From the IMG/VR virus record IMGVR_UViG_3300025687_000013: DNA of 40,000 bases; one strand, written 5' to 3'. Of this stretch, positions 6,005 through 16,300 are shown piece after piece; the first letter of the stretch is position 1; each line of letters opens with the position of its first letter. The translations under genes were made by a program, and so were the position numbers. The notes beneath the pieces are model-generated. The model was not told the origin of the DNA and did not search any database. It was given only the letters and a program-made list of their open reading frames with translations. Source of the stretch: a virus.

Positions 6005-6958
6005 TTGACCACAATGGCATTGTGGGGGTCAGGGGTTCGACTCCCCTCGGCTCCACCAAATTTCCCATCGGAGGAACCAACCCTTCAACTGTCCACTCAG
6101 GACGCCGACATCATTCGCGAGGTCTGGTCTAACGGCGTAAGCCTTGTCCAGGTCTGGAATGATTGGCGACGGTTGTATCTTGCCTCACCCCAAGGAGTCA
6201 ATACTTGTGTTGAATTATTTTTAACACACCTCCATGACACAGGTAGGTCCCCTCAATACTGCAAAGAGTTTGGCTGGGTCCTGCGTAAGCTTGATCTGTT
6301 CATGGACACTGAGCGCCCCCTCTGTCAGGTCACCACAAAAAGTTGGTGGCGTTCTCTCGATGCAATGAGGGCTGGAAACACTGCTAGAAGGAAGGTTGGA
6401 GTGTTCCTGAACTGGTGCCTTGCCCAGGGCTACATCAAGGAACCAATCAACATTCCAGGCAAGCCAAGCTACCCCAAGGGCGACGTTGACGTCCTGACCA
6501 ACGACGAGGTTGCCTCGCTAATCAAAACCTGTCCCTCAGACTTACTAGGTCACCTCTGGCTCTGTTTGTGCATGGGTTTGAGAGTCGCTGAAGCATCCAG
6601 GGTTGAGCATCTGAAAGTAACAGAGACTCACCTAGTGGTCGGTGCCCAGGCTGCCAAGACAAAGACCAGACGCATCCTGGACATCCCTGAACACCATGGA
6701 CACTACACCCAGTTGATCAGGCCTCAGACCAACATCAGGAAACGAATGGAAGCTCTCAGGCTGAAGGCTGGTCTGACTCGATGGCCCAGGAACTGTATGA
6801 GGCACACCGCAGCCTCACATTGGTTGAACAGGCTACGGTCAGCCGAGGCTGCCGCACTTCACCTGGGCAACTCACCTGTCATGTTGCATCGGCATTACAA
6901 AGCTCTAGTGACCCGGCAGGAGTCTACTGAATTCTTTGACCTCTGGGTTGGGTTCTAG
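6005..6958 (+). CDS. int: tyrosine recombinase / phage integrase
   Basis: Catalytic pattern: R in MGLRVAEASR, H-x-x-R in CMRHTAASHW, and H/Y in VMLHRHYKAL. TTG 6005 lies 5 nt after AGGAGG; the alternative start is ATG 6014. Confidence 0.85.
   Translation: MTTMALWGSGVRLPSAPPNFPSEEPTLQLSTQDADIIREVWSNGVSLVQVWNDWRRLYLASPQGVNTCVELFLTHLHDTGRSPQYCKEFGWVLRKLDLFMDTERPLCQVTTKSWWRSLDAMRAGNTARRKVGVFLNWCLAQGYIKEPINIPGKPSYPKGDVDVLTNDEVASLIKTCPSDLLGHLWLCLCMGLRVAEASRVEHLKVTETHLVVGAQAAKTKTRRILDIPEHHGHYTQLIRPQTNIRKRMEALRLKAGLTRWPRNCMRHTAASHWLNRLRSAEAAALHLGNSPVMLHRHYKALVTRQESTEFFDLWVGF
6009..6058 (+). other. attP core candidate: 3' 50 nt of a tRNA-Ala(GGC)-like gene (anticodon arm, variable loop, T-arm, acceptor 3' strand, ACCA)
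   Basis: Anticodon stem CCACA(6009-13)/TGTGG(6021-25) with loop ATGGCAT (anticodon GGC). Variable loop GGGTC. T-arm AGGGG-TTCGACT-CCCCT. Acceptor CGGCTCC plus A plus CCA. U70 is compatible with the G3:U70 Ala identity pair. No matching 5' acceptor strand or D-arm lies upstream, so this is a fragment and not a gene. Confidence 0.75.
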
Positions 6959-6998
6959 ATGGTTCCATTTAAAAACCTGGAGATAGCCCCCCTGGACA

Positions 6999-7011
6999 GG
7001 TGTCAGTCACC
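6999..7011 (-). promoter_or_regulatory. 13-mer motif copy (minus-strand sense), exact
   Basis: The plus strand reads GGTGTCAGTCACC. It is intergenic between int (ends 6958) and ORF 7028, and is oriented against the plus-strand genes around it. Confidence 0.6.
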
Positions 7012-7027
7012 AGGGTAGGCTGTTGCG

Positions 7028-7840
7028 GTGCAACGCTACAAATTAAAGCTCGGCCTGGAGAATGATAGCATCAAACTCCAAGGCATCGGCTCTCAAATCA
7101 GGGCTGCCGCGACATTGATGCAGAAAGCATCTGTTCGAGGAGACGAGGTGGTTCCAGAGATGGTAGTAAATGGCCAGGACGTTTTCCCACTCATCTTTAA
7201 CAGGAAATCAAAGCCCACTTCAGACATGGAGGTTTGTCCATGTGAAAGCCTGAGTTGGTGTCCACTCGATGAGCCAGCACACGCAGGCGCAGCCATGAAT
7301 CATTTCTCATGGTCAGATCAATGGAAGAAAAGGTGCGAAGAAAAGCTCCAAAGCGTAGGCAACCCTACCGTTGTATTATCACTGAGAGAGACTGACAAGA
7401 TAGATGGCGGGGAGATGGTGTTACCCACAGTTGTTTACCAGAATCTAATTAACACATCAGAGGAACCAGTCCTAGTCCTGGCTGATTCTAACTGGTCCCT
7501 GCCAGACCTGGAAACATTACCAACTTGCAGGACCCTAGAGCGAACGATGAGCCACAGCCTGTTCCCCCTTCATCGAACAAGGCTCCTTGATCGAGGCATT
7601 ACTTCTAAAGCAGAGCTGTTAAATCACACCCTGGAAATGTTTGAAGACATTTACATTTTGGGCACAGCAAAAACAGTATTCTACCCGGTGTGGCACGGAG
7701 TGTTATCGGCTGGAATTTTGCTCGCTAAAAACCGTCCAAACCTGGTTTGCCTCCAAGACTTCCTAACCCCAAGGGAGAAGCAGTTTGTGAACTACTACTG
7801 CAAACGGGAAACCCACTTCTGGAACTTCTTAGACAAATGA
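7028..7840 (+). CDS. hypothetical protein, first gene of the cargo cassette
   Basis: 270-aa ORF with a GTG start. Its stop overlaps the ATG of the radical-SAM gene (ATGA), suggesting translational coupling. No family recognised by eye. Confidence 0.55.
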   Translation: MQRYKLKLGLENDSIKLQGIGSQIRAAATLMQKASVRGDEVVPEMVVNGQDVFPLIFNRKSKPTSDMEVCPCESLSWCPLDEPAHAGAAMNHFSWSDQWKKRCEEKLQSVGNPTVVLSLRETDKIDGGEMVLPTVVYQNLINTSEEPVLVLADSNWSLPDLETLPTCRTLERTMSHSLFPLHRTRLLDRGITSKAELLNHTLEMFEDIYILGTAKTVFYPVWHGVLSAGILLAKNRPNLVCLQDFLTPREKQFVNYYCKRETHFWNFLDK

Positions 7841-9030
7841 TAATTCACTCACAACACCTCGACGTCTCTTATGAGGCACAACCTAACTGCAAGACCATTC
7901 AGATAACGGTTGGTGAATGGTCAGAGAAATATGCTGCCCTTCACGGTGGTATCAGAATGATTTGTGCGACCCTGCCGCATGACCTGGTTCACAGGGACCT
8001 CTCGGTAAAAGTCGAATGCGACGGCAACATGGAGCTTGGGCAGGTCGTGAGCAGGAGTGCTAGGCATGAACCTCTAGGCCTGCATGAACACACAGAAGCT
8101 CTGAATGAGTGCGAGCAGAGAGCCATAGCAATGCCTGTCAGCCTTCAGTGGTTTGCTACTTGGAGGTGTAATTACAAGTGCGCCTACTGCTGGCAGGAGA
8201 CAGTGAGAGACAGTTACAGGAAGGACAAGCCAGCCAAAAGGTCGCCTGTAGAATGGGCTAGGGCCCTGCTATCATTACAACCTAACGAGGTCTACATCAG
8301 TGGCGGCGAGCCTACGACTCTCCCCAACTTCACCAAGATCGTTCAGGCAGTTGGCCTGGTTGTCCCCGTCAACATCACAAGCAATCTCGGTAACTCGTTT
8401 GACATCGATGCCTGGGAGAAGGAAGTCAGCCCAGATGCGATTGACTGTATTACTTTCAGTTTTCACCCAACTCAACAGTCGTTCGATGAATACTCAAGGA
8501 AGCTACGTCATTTTGTCAGTGTTTACGGTGGGAGCAAGACCGGGTCGGAGTTAGTCATGCACCCTGGGCAAACACAATACGAACAGCCATTGAGAGACTT
8601 AGACTCTGAGCTTGGGCTAAGGACGCTGAACATCGATGTGTTCCATCAACAGCCAACCATCTACCCAGCCGCACCAGGACAATGCGTGAACAAGAGGCCT
8701 GCAAGCAACCCTGCGTTGGCAAGTAAACCAAGACATGCCCCAGGCGACACAAGCCCACATTACTGTGCTGCTGGAATGACTCGCCTGAACATTGACCCGG
8801 TTGGTGATGCATACACCTGCATGTCAGCCATTGATCGAAGCAAGATGTTTGGAAAGCACACCCTCCCTCACTACTCACCAGTGGGTAATATATTCGACGA
8901 AGGGTTCAGAATGCAGCAGAAGCCTGTGCTGTGCTGGGAGACTTTTCGGTGTTCTGGCTGCGATGTCGCTAAAGTTAAAGGCTCATGGGTTGAACACCCA
9001 CACCCTTACGAACTTCCTTTGCCACAGTAA
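7837..9030 (+). CDS. radical SAM enzyme with SPASM/twitch-like C-terminal Cys-rich domain and a ~100-aa N-terminal extension
   Basis: WRCNYKCAYCWQ is a CxxxCxxC cluster motif. VYISGGEPT is the GGE SAM-binding motif. The C-terminus has YCAAGMTRLNIDPVGDAYTC and LCWETFRCSGCD. ATG 7837 is in frame with the longer ORF-track ORF (7747) and forms ATGA with the upstream stop. Confidence 0.85.
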   Translation: MIIHSQHLDVSYEAQPNCKTIQITVGEWSEKYAALHGGIRMICATLPHDLVHRDLSVKVECDGNMELGQVVSRSARHEPLGLHEHTEALNECEQRAIAMPVSLQWFATWRCNYKCAYCWQETVRDSYRKDKPAKRSPVEWARALLSLQPNEVYISGGEPTTLPNFTKIVQAVGLVVPVNITSNLGNSFDIDAWEKEVSPDAIDCITFSFHPTQQSFDEYSRKLRHFVSVYGGSKTGSELVMHPGQTQYEQPLRDLDSELGLRTLNIDVFHQQPTIYPAAPGQCVNKRPASNPALASKPRHAPGDTSPHYCAAGMTRLNIDPVGDAYTCMSAIDRSKMFGKHTLPHYSPVGNIFDEGFRMQQKPVLCWETFRCSGCDVAKVKGSWVEHPHPYELPLPQ

Positions 9031-9036
9031 AATCTC

Positions 9037-9603
9037 ATGAGACACAAAGTATTATTGGTGGGTAGTGGCCCATACATCAGGGAATGGTGGGCTTTGCACA
9101 AAGACAAAATTGGAGAAGTGAGCTGCATGAACACTGCCATTGAGGTGGTGGGTGCCAGACATCACAGATGGTATCTGAGCAGTGACTTCATGCACAACAG
9201 GCAGTGGACCTTCCAGGGTATGCGGGAGAGAATTGGAGAACACATTCTGGGCTTGAGAATCGTCGCCAGCTTCCTGTCTACCCCTCATTGGTATAACTGC
9301 CCCTATGACGGAACCATGTTGCTCAACTCCATCTACGACATACTCAACAGGGCCACAGTTGGAGAGACTCCGGTGGAGCTGAACCTGATTGGGTGTGACC
9401 TCGACTACAGTCAGCCCAAGACACATTTCTACGAGGGCGGGACTCCTGACCCCAAGAGAATACCAGACGATGTGCTGCTAGGGCACATGCACAAGGCGAT
9501 GAAAGACTTCTCGCCCATGCACAAGATCGTCAACCTGGGGCCCCAGCCATCGTTCCTTCCGTTTGAACCAGGAGACCCTGAACTGTCATGGAAACATACC
9601 TAG
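9037..9603 (+). CDS. Rossmann-like protein, possibly DUF115/MptE-like (Maf / sialyltransferase-like) glycosyl- or nucleotidyl-sugar transferase
   Basis: N-terminal KVLLVGSGPYI glycine motif and a later NLIGCDLDY resemble DUF115-family proteins. The assignment is weak. The CDS itself is well supported by its packing in the operon. Confidence 0.45.
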   Translation: MRHKVLLVGSGPYIREWWALHKDKIGEVSCMNTAIEVVGARHHRWYLSSDFMHNRQWTFQGMRERIGEHILGLRIVASFLSTPHWYNCPYDGTMLLNSIYDILNRATVGETPVELNLIGCDLDYSQPKTHFYEGGTPDPKRIPDDVLLGHMHKAMKDFSPMHKIVNLGPQPSFLPFEPGDPELSWKHT

Positions 9604-10232
9604 TCACATCTGGAACAGTATCTCACGCTCCTATTCGGACCGGTTTCTTTGAGCCATCACTGGCTGAATGTGAGCCAGTTGAGTGGGTTCATTTTGAGAA
9701 AAGGCTACCTCATGACAACACAGGAAACTTCATGCACATAGACTGGAAACATGCTGTGCTGTGGAAAATTAGGAATGCTCTCAAGTTGTGCAGCATGGTC
9801 GATGAAGGCTCGCTGGTTGTCATATCAGACCTCGACATAATCTACAGGCCTGGAGCTTTCAACAGGCTATCGGAAGAGGTTTCAGACGGTGTTTTTGCGA
9901 TGTGCGAGAACGAGCAGATGGAGATAAATGCTGGCTTGATTGCTTCCAAGAATTGCCAGGCATTCAGGTGGTTGCTGACAGAAGTTCTTGAATACATGGT
10001 TCAGCACAGTTGTCACGATCAGAACGCATTGAGGGCTGTCTCCCAGGGTCGGGTAAAGGTCTTGCCAGTTGAGTATAACAACACAAAGACCGAGAACTTG
10101 ATCGAAAGGGGAAAGGCTTTGTGCTTTCATGCAATCTGCACCATGGCAGACGAAAAACAGGGAAGTGTCTCTAAGAAATTAGCCATGCTCCAACGGTGGC
10201 TTGACAGGTGTCAGTCACCTATGGCAACTTAG
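9588..10232 (+). CDS. GT-A-type nucleotide-diphospho-sugar transferase-like protein
   Basis: LVVISDLDIIYRPG is DxD-like, followed by EINAGLIASKNCQAFRWL and HDQNALRAV. The order and spacing match the nucleotide-diphospho-sugar transferase family. Confidence 0.6.
   Translation: METYLVTSGTVSHAPIRTGFFEPSLAECEPVEWVHFEKRLPHDNTGNFMHIDWKHAVLWKIRNALKLCSMVDEGSLVVISDLDIIYRPGAFNRLSEEVSDGVFAMCENEQMEINAGLIASKNCQAFRWLLTEVLEYMVQHSCHDQNALRAVSQGRVKVLPVEYNNTKTENLIERGKALCFHAICTMADEKQGSVSKKLAMLQRWLDRCQSPMAT
10207..10219 (-). promoter_or_regulatory. 13-mer motif copy (minus-strand sense), exact
   Basis: The plus strand reads ttgacaGGTGTCAGTCACC, inside the last 26 nt of the cassette's final ORF. It is oriented against cassette transcription. 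Confidence 0.6.
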
Positions 10233-10331
10233 TTGGGCCTGGCCCCAGAGACACGTTGTCCCTGGGACTACCGGGTAATTTAGTTGTGGTTAGGGAACTA
10301 TAAGCGGTTACCTGCTAGACATACGGAGAAG

Positions 10332-10373
10332 CCCTCTCACCAGCGGTTGGATACTCAGGTGGGAGGGTTTTTT
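10332..10373 (+). terminator. Rho-independent terminator at the convergence point of the plus-strand cassette and the minus-strand late operon
   Basis: CCCTCTCACC (10332-41) pairs with GGTGGGAGGG (10358-67). This gives a 10-bp stem with one G-U pair and a 16-nt loop, followed by TTTTTT (10368-73). It lies 7 nt from the stop of the 2306-aa minus-strand ORF, so it may act on both strands. Confidence 0.7.
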
Positions 10374-10379
10374 GTGTCC

Positions 10380-13300
10380 TTAATTGTTTCTCAACTTGTC
10401 CAGGTGGTCCTGGGCTTTCTCTACTGAGCTGAAGACAGGGCCCACTCTCCTGCCCTTGTCAGAGTAGACTCTGACCCCTGCTCTGCTAGATGTCTGAACT
10501 GCCCTGAAGCCGTAACCGTCTAGGTAGATGGCTCCACCTCGGTTGTTCAGTTGTCGGGCTGGGGAGAACTTTGTCCCAGGGAAAGTTTGCCTGGCCTTCT
10601 GTCGCAGGTCCTCTGGTATTCTCAGATTATCAGCGTCGTCTGGTGACAGAGATTGAAGTTCTTCTAAGACTGCGTTGAACCTATTTCGTAGGGGTGCATT
10701 GTCCCTGTCCATACCACCATCATCGCGTCTCTTATTCCTGCTAGTTTGTCGTCTGTCAGAGCTTCTGGCCCTATCTCCTCTGCCAGCTTTTCGGTTTGCA
10801 GCAGAACGCTCGTTCGCTCTTGCTTCGTCAAGCTGGACCAGGGAGGAGTTTGCCATGTCTGAACGGTCCGATTGTAGATATCTTTGGCGTATTTTTCCTC
10901 GATCATCTGGTGTTCCTTGGTAAGTGAGCTGAACAATGTCTGGCATTTCGCCACCTCTGTTCCAACCCTGAGACTCCCATACCCTCATCATATCAGCAAG
11001 CTGATTGTTTGGTGTCCCCTGCTCTTCTGGGTTAAATTTGACCCGGTTTGTTTCCTTGAAGCCAAACGTCTCGATGGCGTCTACCCTAGCGCCTCTAGGG
11101 TTGTTAGCTGTAGGTATTGCGAATGTCTTAATCTCTGTTGCTCCTTCCTCAATGGCTTTGAGCATGATGGCAGGAAGATCAGCACCCGATGTGCCCGGCT
11201 GGTTATTAATAGGGTTGAGAATCTCAAGCCCAGCGCCATCACCTGTAGCCCTGAGAGCGAAGTAAATGTTGGAACTGCGATCTTGGCCCAGTTGAAACAC
11301 CCGCATCTCCCCAGACTTAACCATGTCCTTGACTTGCTTTTTGGGAAGTGGCTCAAGCATGGGTGATGCAAAGTTCTCTCCGATGGCTAGTGAGAAGTCT
11401 GCGCTTCCCTTTCCTGTCCTGGGCACCTCATACCAGTCACCAATTGCACCCTGAAGAACTGCCTTGGCTTGGGCTGGGTTCTTTACGTGTTCAAACTTGT
11501 CTACCCCAAACCTGCTGGCAACTTGCTCAGTGATTGAAGTGACAGGCCAGTCCCTGTCCAGGGTGTAGTAACTGTCTTTGCCTCGGCGCTTATAGTGGTC
11601 TGGGAACAGTTTCTCTGCTGAAATAGGTTTCTCCAGGACACCAACCAACTTGCCCCTCACTGCAAAGTCGTATGACCTGTGGCTTGGAATTCCATTCTCG
11701 CCTAGCTTGACGACGTCGCCTCTAGGGTCGAGCTTCAGCACCAGTAACGCCTGCCCATGAGGCTGCCCCCTAAACTCTGGCTGAATGGTTGCGTCTAGTA
11801 TTCGAGACACTCTAGGGAAGCCTGCCTCAACAAACTTGGCCTGATCAATTCTCTCAGCAAACATAGCCCTCTTTTCAAAGGGCAGGCTGTTTAGGTAAGC
11901 GAGCAACTTGTCTGGGTTCTCCAGCCCTGGGAAGTCGGGGAAAACCAGGGTCTTGCCTTTGCCTTTCCCTGCTGACTTCTCCCAATTTGAAAACTCACTA
12001 TTCAGGCTCTTCAGGTTCTCCTCAGATATTCTGCCTCCCTTGATGTATGCCACAACGGTTTGGCTGATAGCGTCAGAGACATCAGTGTTTGATTTGTGAG
12101 ACTGAGGAGTCATGGAGACCACAACACCGTAGACCCCGTCTTGAGCCATCTTTGACTTGATCTTGCTGACACCAGGGCCCTTGTTGGCCCAGGCGAGGCC
12201 TGCTTTCTGAATGCCCTTGAGAAGTGGGAAGTATGGTCCACCCTTTAATTCGATAGGGACAAGGATGTCAGAGCTGTCGATGCCACTGTAAACGTCTCCT
12301 GCCGCCGTGAGGTCTGCCTTGATTGGGAATAGCTTCATTCCAACCAGGTCTTTGCCTGTAAGCTTCTTGACCTTCTTAGAGTCCACCAGTTTGCTGTAAG
12401 TCTCAGACACAGTCCTGGCTGGTGAATACCTGGGAACACCCTGTGCAGAGACCTTCGAGTTAACGTCCTCGTTGAGTGCCACGTAATTGGCCTGTAAGCC
12501 GTCTCTGAGGGTCTTTTGCTCAACCTGTAACGGTCTACCCTTGGAGTCCTTCGTCTGCTTCCAGAGCTTTAATCTAGGAAGCATTTCATCGTAGAACCCT
12601 CTCATGCCATTACCACCCAGACGGAGGTCGTCTCCTTCCAGGAGGGCAGACCTCATTCCGTTTTGCTCAAGGTCACCCTCCATACTGTCGAGGGCCCTCT
12701 TAGTGAGTTCCTTTCCGATGTAATCAGGAAGCTTGTCCTTGGTGATGCCAGTTTCAACTGTCTTGAAGACGTCCTCATCTGGGACCCTGGCCATCAGCTC
12801 GTAAGTGCCGTCGTCGTATTCAATAACATCTAACCCAGAGACTTTGTCACCGAGGTTATACCTGGCGTTCTGGGTTTCACCGGTTGTCCAAGCGATAGCA
12901 TCGTAGCCCTCATCAGCAGCAAGCTTGAGCATTCGCTTCATCGAGAACTCAGGCCAGGACTTCTTGAAGGGGGCGTTGGGGACTCCTTTTAGTTCATCAA
13001 ACTTTATGCGCCTCAACATGTTTCGCCTTTGCCTCATTTCTGTAGTCATTGGCTTGTATTGGTTTTGCATGAAAAACCGCAAGTCTTCGTGAGCTTTAGC
13101 TTTCATTGCATCAGGGGCATTGTCGTGAAACATTTGCTCCTCAATCTTCTGTAATCGCAGTTTTAAAACCTGAAGATCGTTTACCTGCTCAAGAACATCA
13201 AGTTCCCTTGCTTCTTCTTGAGTCAGCCTCCTAGTTCCATACCCCTTGCCTCTTCCTGCTTGATGCCAATCAGACTGAATTTCCTCCAGGAACAGAATCT

Positions 13301-16300
13301 TCTCACCGTCAGAGCCTATTCGGTCGTTGTGGCGAACGTGGGCAACGATGTTTGCTTGGTCGAAGTGACCAGAGGAGTAAGGACCGAAACGAGAGTCACG
13401 AACGGTCAGCAACCTCTCGGTGTATGTCCCTGGCTCTGCCCCTGGTTCTGTGTATTCAGAGAACTTGCCGCCTCCTCTCTCTTCAATTGGGACAAGCTCT
13501 GGGTAAAATTCTCCAGAGAGTTCCCCCTTAAATGCTTCGTAAAGGGCTTTGTCAGCCTCCTGTAAGCTATTGTATGATTCTTCAAAGACAGGGAACTCTC
13601 TGCTCAAAGTGGAGTAGTCAACTAGCTCAGGCTGGCCGTTCCTTCCTTCTCTTAGAATTGCAAATTCGTTCTCAGGGACATCGTCGAAAACAGTGTTTTT
13701 AAGGTCTTCCCCGCTAAACACTTTAAGTCTATTTTTCTCTATCAGAGCCCCAGCAAACCTAACCCAGTTGTCGTCTATGAACTTGTAGGCTGCGTCGTTG
13801 CTTTCAAAAGTTGGAAGTCCCATGGACTGGGACATGTAGTCTCCGTCAATGTTGGTGATTTCCACAACTGGAACACCTCCTCCGCCCTCCGTCACCTCCA
13901 CCATCTCAATCTGGTTAGCCTTGATGAAGTTCAAGACATCTTCCTTGGTGGTGGTTGGGTTGTCTTTCAGGAAGACGTCCAGGCCAATGTCCTCAAGTTC
14001 CTCCTTCTTGACCCCAGCCTTGTCCATGGCTTTCAGGAACTGTTGAGAGGTGCCCTTCTTCTGCTGCATTCCCTCGATGGCCTCCTGGGCCTTGGAATAC
14101 ATTCCCAGGTTGTCCAGCTCCCGTTGTGGTGCCTCTGGTGCCCTGGTAGGGCTGAACATCTGTTTGGCCTTGAGGTGGTCAAATGGGCCCATGCCAAACG
14201 GTGTCCCGTTGGCACTGGTGTCTCTCAAGGAAGCTATGCGTTCAATGCGTAGGTTCTTGTAGATTCGGTTCCCACTGTTCTTGTCCCAGGCAGAGTAGAG
14301 AGGGTTCTTGACGTAGTTATTGGTCTGAAACAGTGCGTTGATGATATTGTGCTTGTCATCTGTTAGCCCAGTTTTGCCTGAAATGTCGTTACGGTGGTTT
14401 TCCAGATACTTCCTAGCATCCTCCAGGAACGCATCTACGTCGTTGTTCCATGGGAGGAGCTTTGAAGTGTCTCTCCAAGCAGCAACTCGGCCCCTGACAT
14501 AGTTTAGGTCAATTACTCTGACGTTGACATTACCGTTGTTAGTGATGAACCACTCATGGGGGATGTAGTTGTATACCGTCGCAGGAATGTCCCCCTTCTT
14601 GCCGGTTAGAGAGTTGACCCAGCTATCTCCCTGGGCCCTGGTGCCGATGCCGAAATAAAATGAGCGAATGGCTCTACCACTGGCAATGGCTTGGTTGATC
14701 TCATCGATGGTCCCCCTGAAGTTCTCCATCATTGGAGCGTCAGAGTATTTAGACTGAAGAAACTTCCCTCGATACTCTTGCTTGCTTGGGTCAGGTGTCC
14801 CGTCAGGGTTGTATTTCTGCTTGAGGCTGACCTCTGGCATTGTTGCATCTGACACCTCGGTATCTAGCGCCTCCTTGACCTCTTTACGCCTCTGACGAAT
14901 GCGTTTTTGAATGTCCTTCTTGTTCTTGGCCTTCTTCCTACCACCTGACTGGGAGGAGCCTTGAGAGTTGCTAGATGCTTTGTCGTCACCCTGGCTCTTT
15001 GGGGTGTCGTTGACGTCGTCGAAGTATTCTTTGCCAACACCGTCCCAGTTGACCCTGTCGTCAGATGCGTCCTTTTTGACGTTGGTCCGTTCCTCTCTGC
15101 CCTGGGCAAAAGCCTTGTATTGTCGGTTCAGGTCTCTGGCGTATTTCTTGTAGGACTTTGAAAGTTCAGAGTCTAACTTTAGGTTGATACCGAAAATGTT
15201 GTCTGGCTTGCTGGCCTGCTCAGGTGACGACTGCTTAGGTTCCTTCTTGTAGCCTAAGCCATCGAGACCTAGCCCGCCCTTCATGACGTCAATGACACTG
15301 AACGCAGTCCCCTTGGCCTCATTGATAGCCATACCGAGTCCAGTTATCGGGGTTTGACCAAACGGTGCTGCGGCCCTTTGAACCGCAGTCTTGAGTTTGC
15401 CTAGCTTAGAGTTGTTCCTGACGTAGTTGTGGAGACCTTGGTCGGTTGAAACAGACATGAAGTTCTCTGAGAACATCTCTCGAACGACCCAGTCTTGGTC
15501 CCCGTCGTTGAGATACTGACGATCAAGTTCTCTGACTCTGCTTTCAACCTCTTCAGGAGTTGGTGTTCTTCGCTTTTCCGCCTGAAGCATCTGCCCTACG
15601 TATGACCGCTTGATTTCGTTTAAGTCATACTCATTCTTGACCTGGTTAACGACAGTCTCTTTGTCAACCACACCACTGTCCCACATGGCCTCACCTACTT
15701 CGTGAAGCAGGGTGTCGGACAGTTTCGTGCTGTCAGCGTTAAGAATGATCTCTTTGCTTTGAGAGTCGTAGTAGCCTTCTACACCTTTCCCTCTAACGGC
15801 TTTGGCGAACTCGTCGCTAGGCAATAGTTTAATATCAACCCTGCCTCGAAGAACTTCTGAAGCAGTGGCCAGGTCTTCAATGGCCCTCCTGGCCATGCTG
15901 CGTAAATTTCCAGATGGCTCGTCAACGACTTCCAGGTTGGACATCTCAATCAACCTGTTCATTGCGCCCTCGCTGCCCTTATGTCGGCCAACAAAGTCGT
16001 TTATGCTGCCCTGCATCTTTGCTGCATCACGTTGGCCCGTGATGGTGTCTACAGTGTAGCCACCAAGGCCACCCAGGCCGCCTGTAAGGCCTGCTGCAAA
16101 GGCACCAGCCTTGGCGCCCTCGGTTCCTTCTGCAAGGCCCCCCAGGGTTGCTCCAGCCACAGAGCCATAAGCAGCACCCCTGCTAATGTCCTTGGCGAGC
16201 CCTAGCGCAACGTCTCCCTTGAACTGGCTGGCTGCGGATGCTGCCATTCTAACACTCTCAGGCAGGCTCATGTTCTTGGAGGCTCTCTCCAAGGGGCCCA

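Noticed and set aside
6009-6058. A complete tRNA-Ala gene.
   Set aside because: Only the anticodon arm, variable loop, T-arm and 3' acceptor strand are present. The upstream sequence (ccaggaggaacaattga) has no GG(A/G)GCCG acceptor strand and no D-arm. It is an attP-type fragment.
10248-10263. Iteron-like sequence GAGACACGTTGTCCCT in the convergent intergenic region.
   Set aside because: It lacks 2 nt of the GACACnnnGTGTC dyad, is a single copy and has no AT-rich neighbour. It is probably fortuitous, or at most a weak secondary site.
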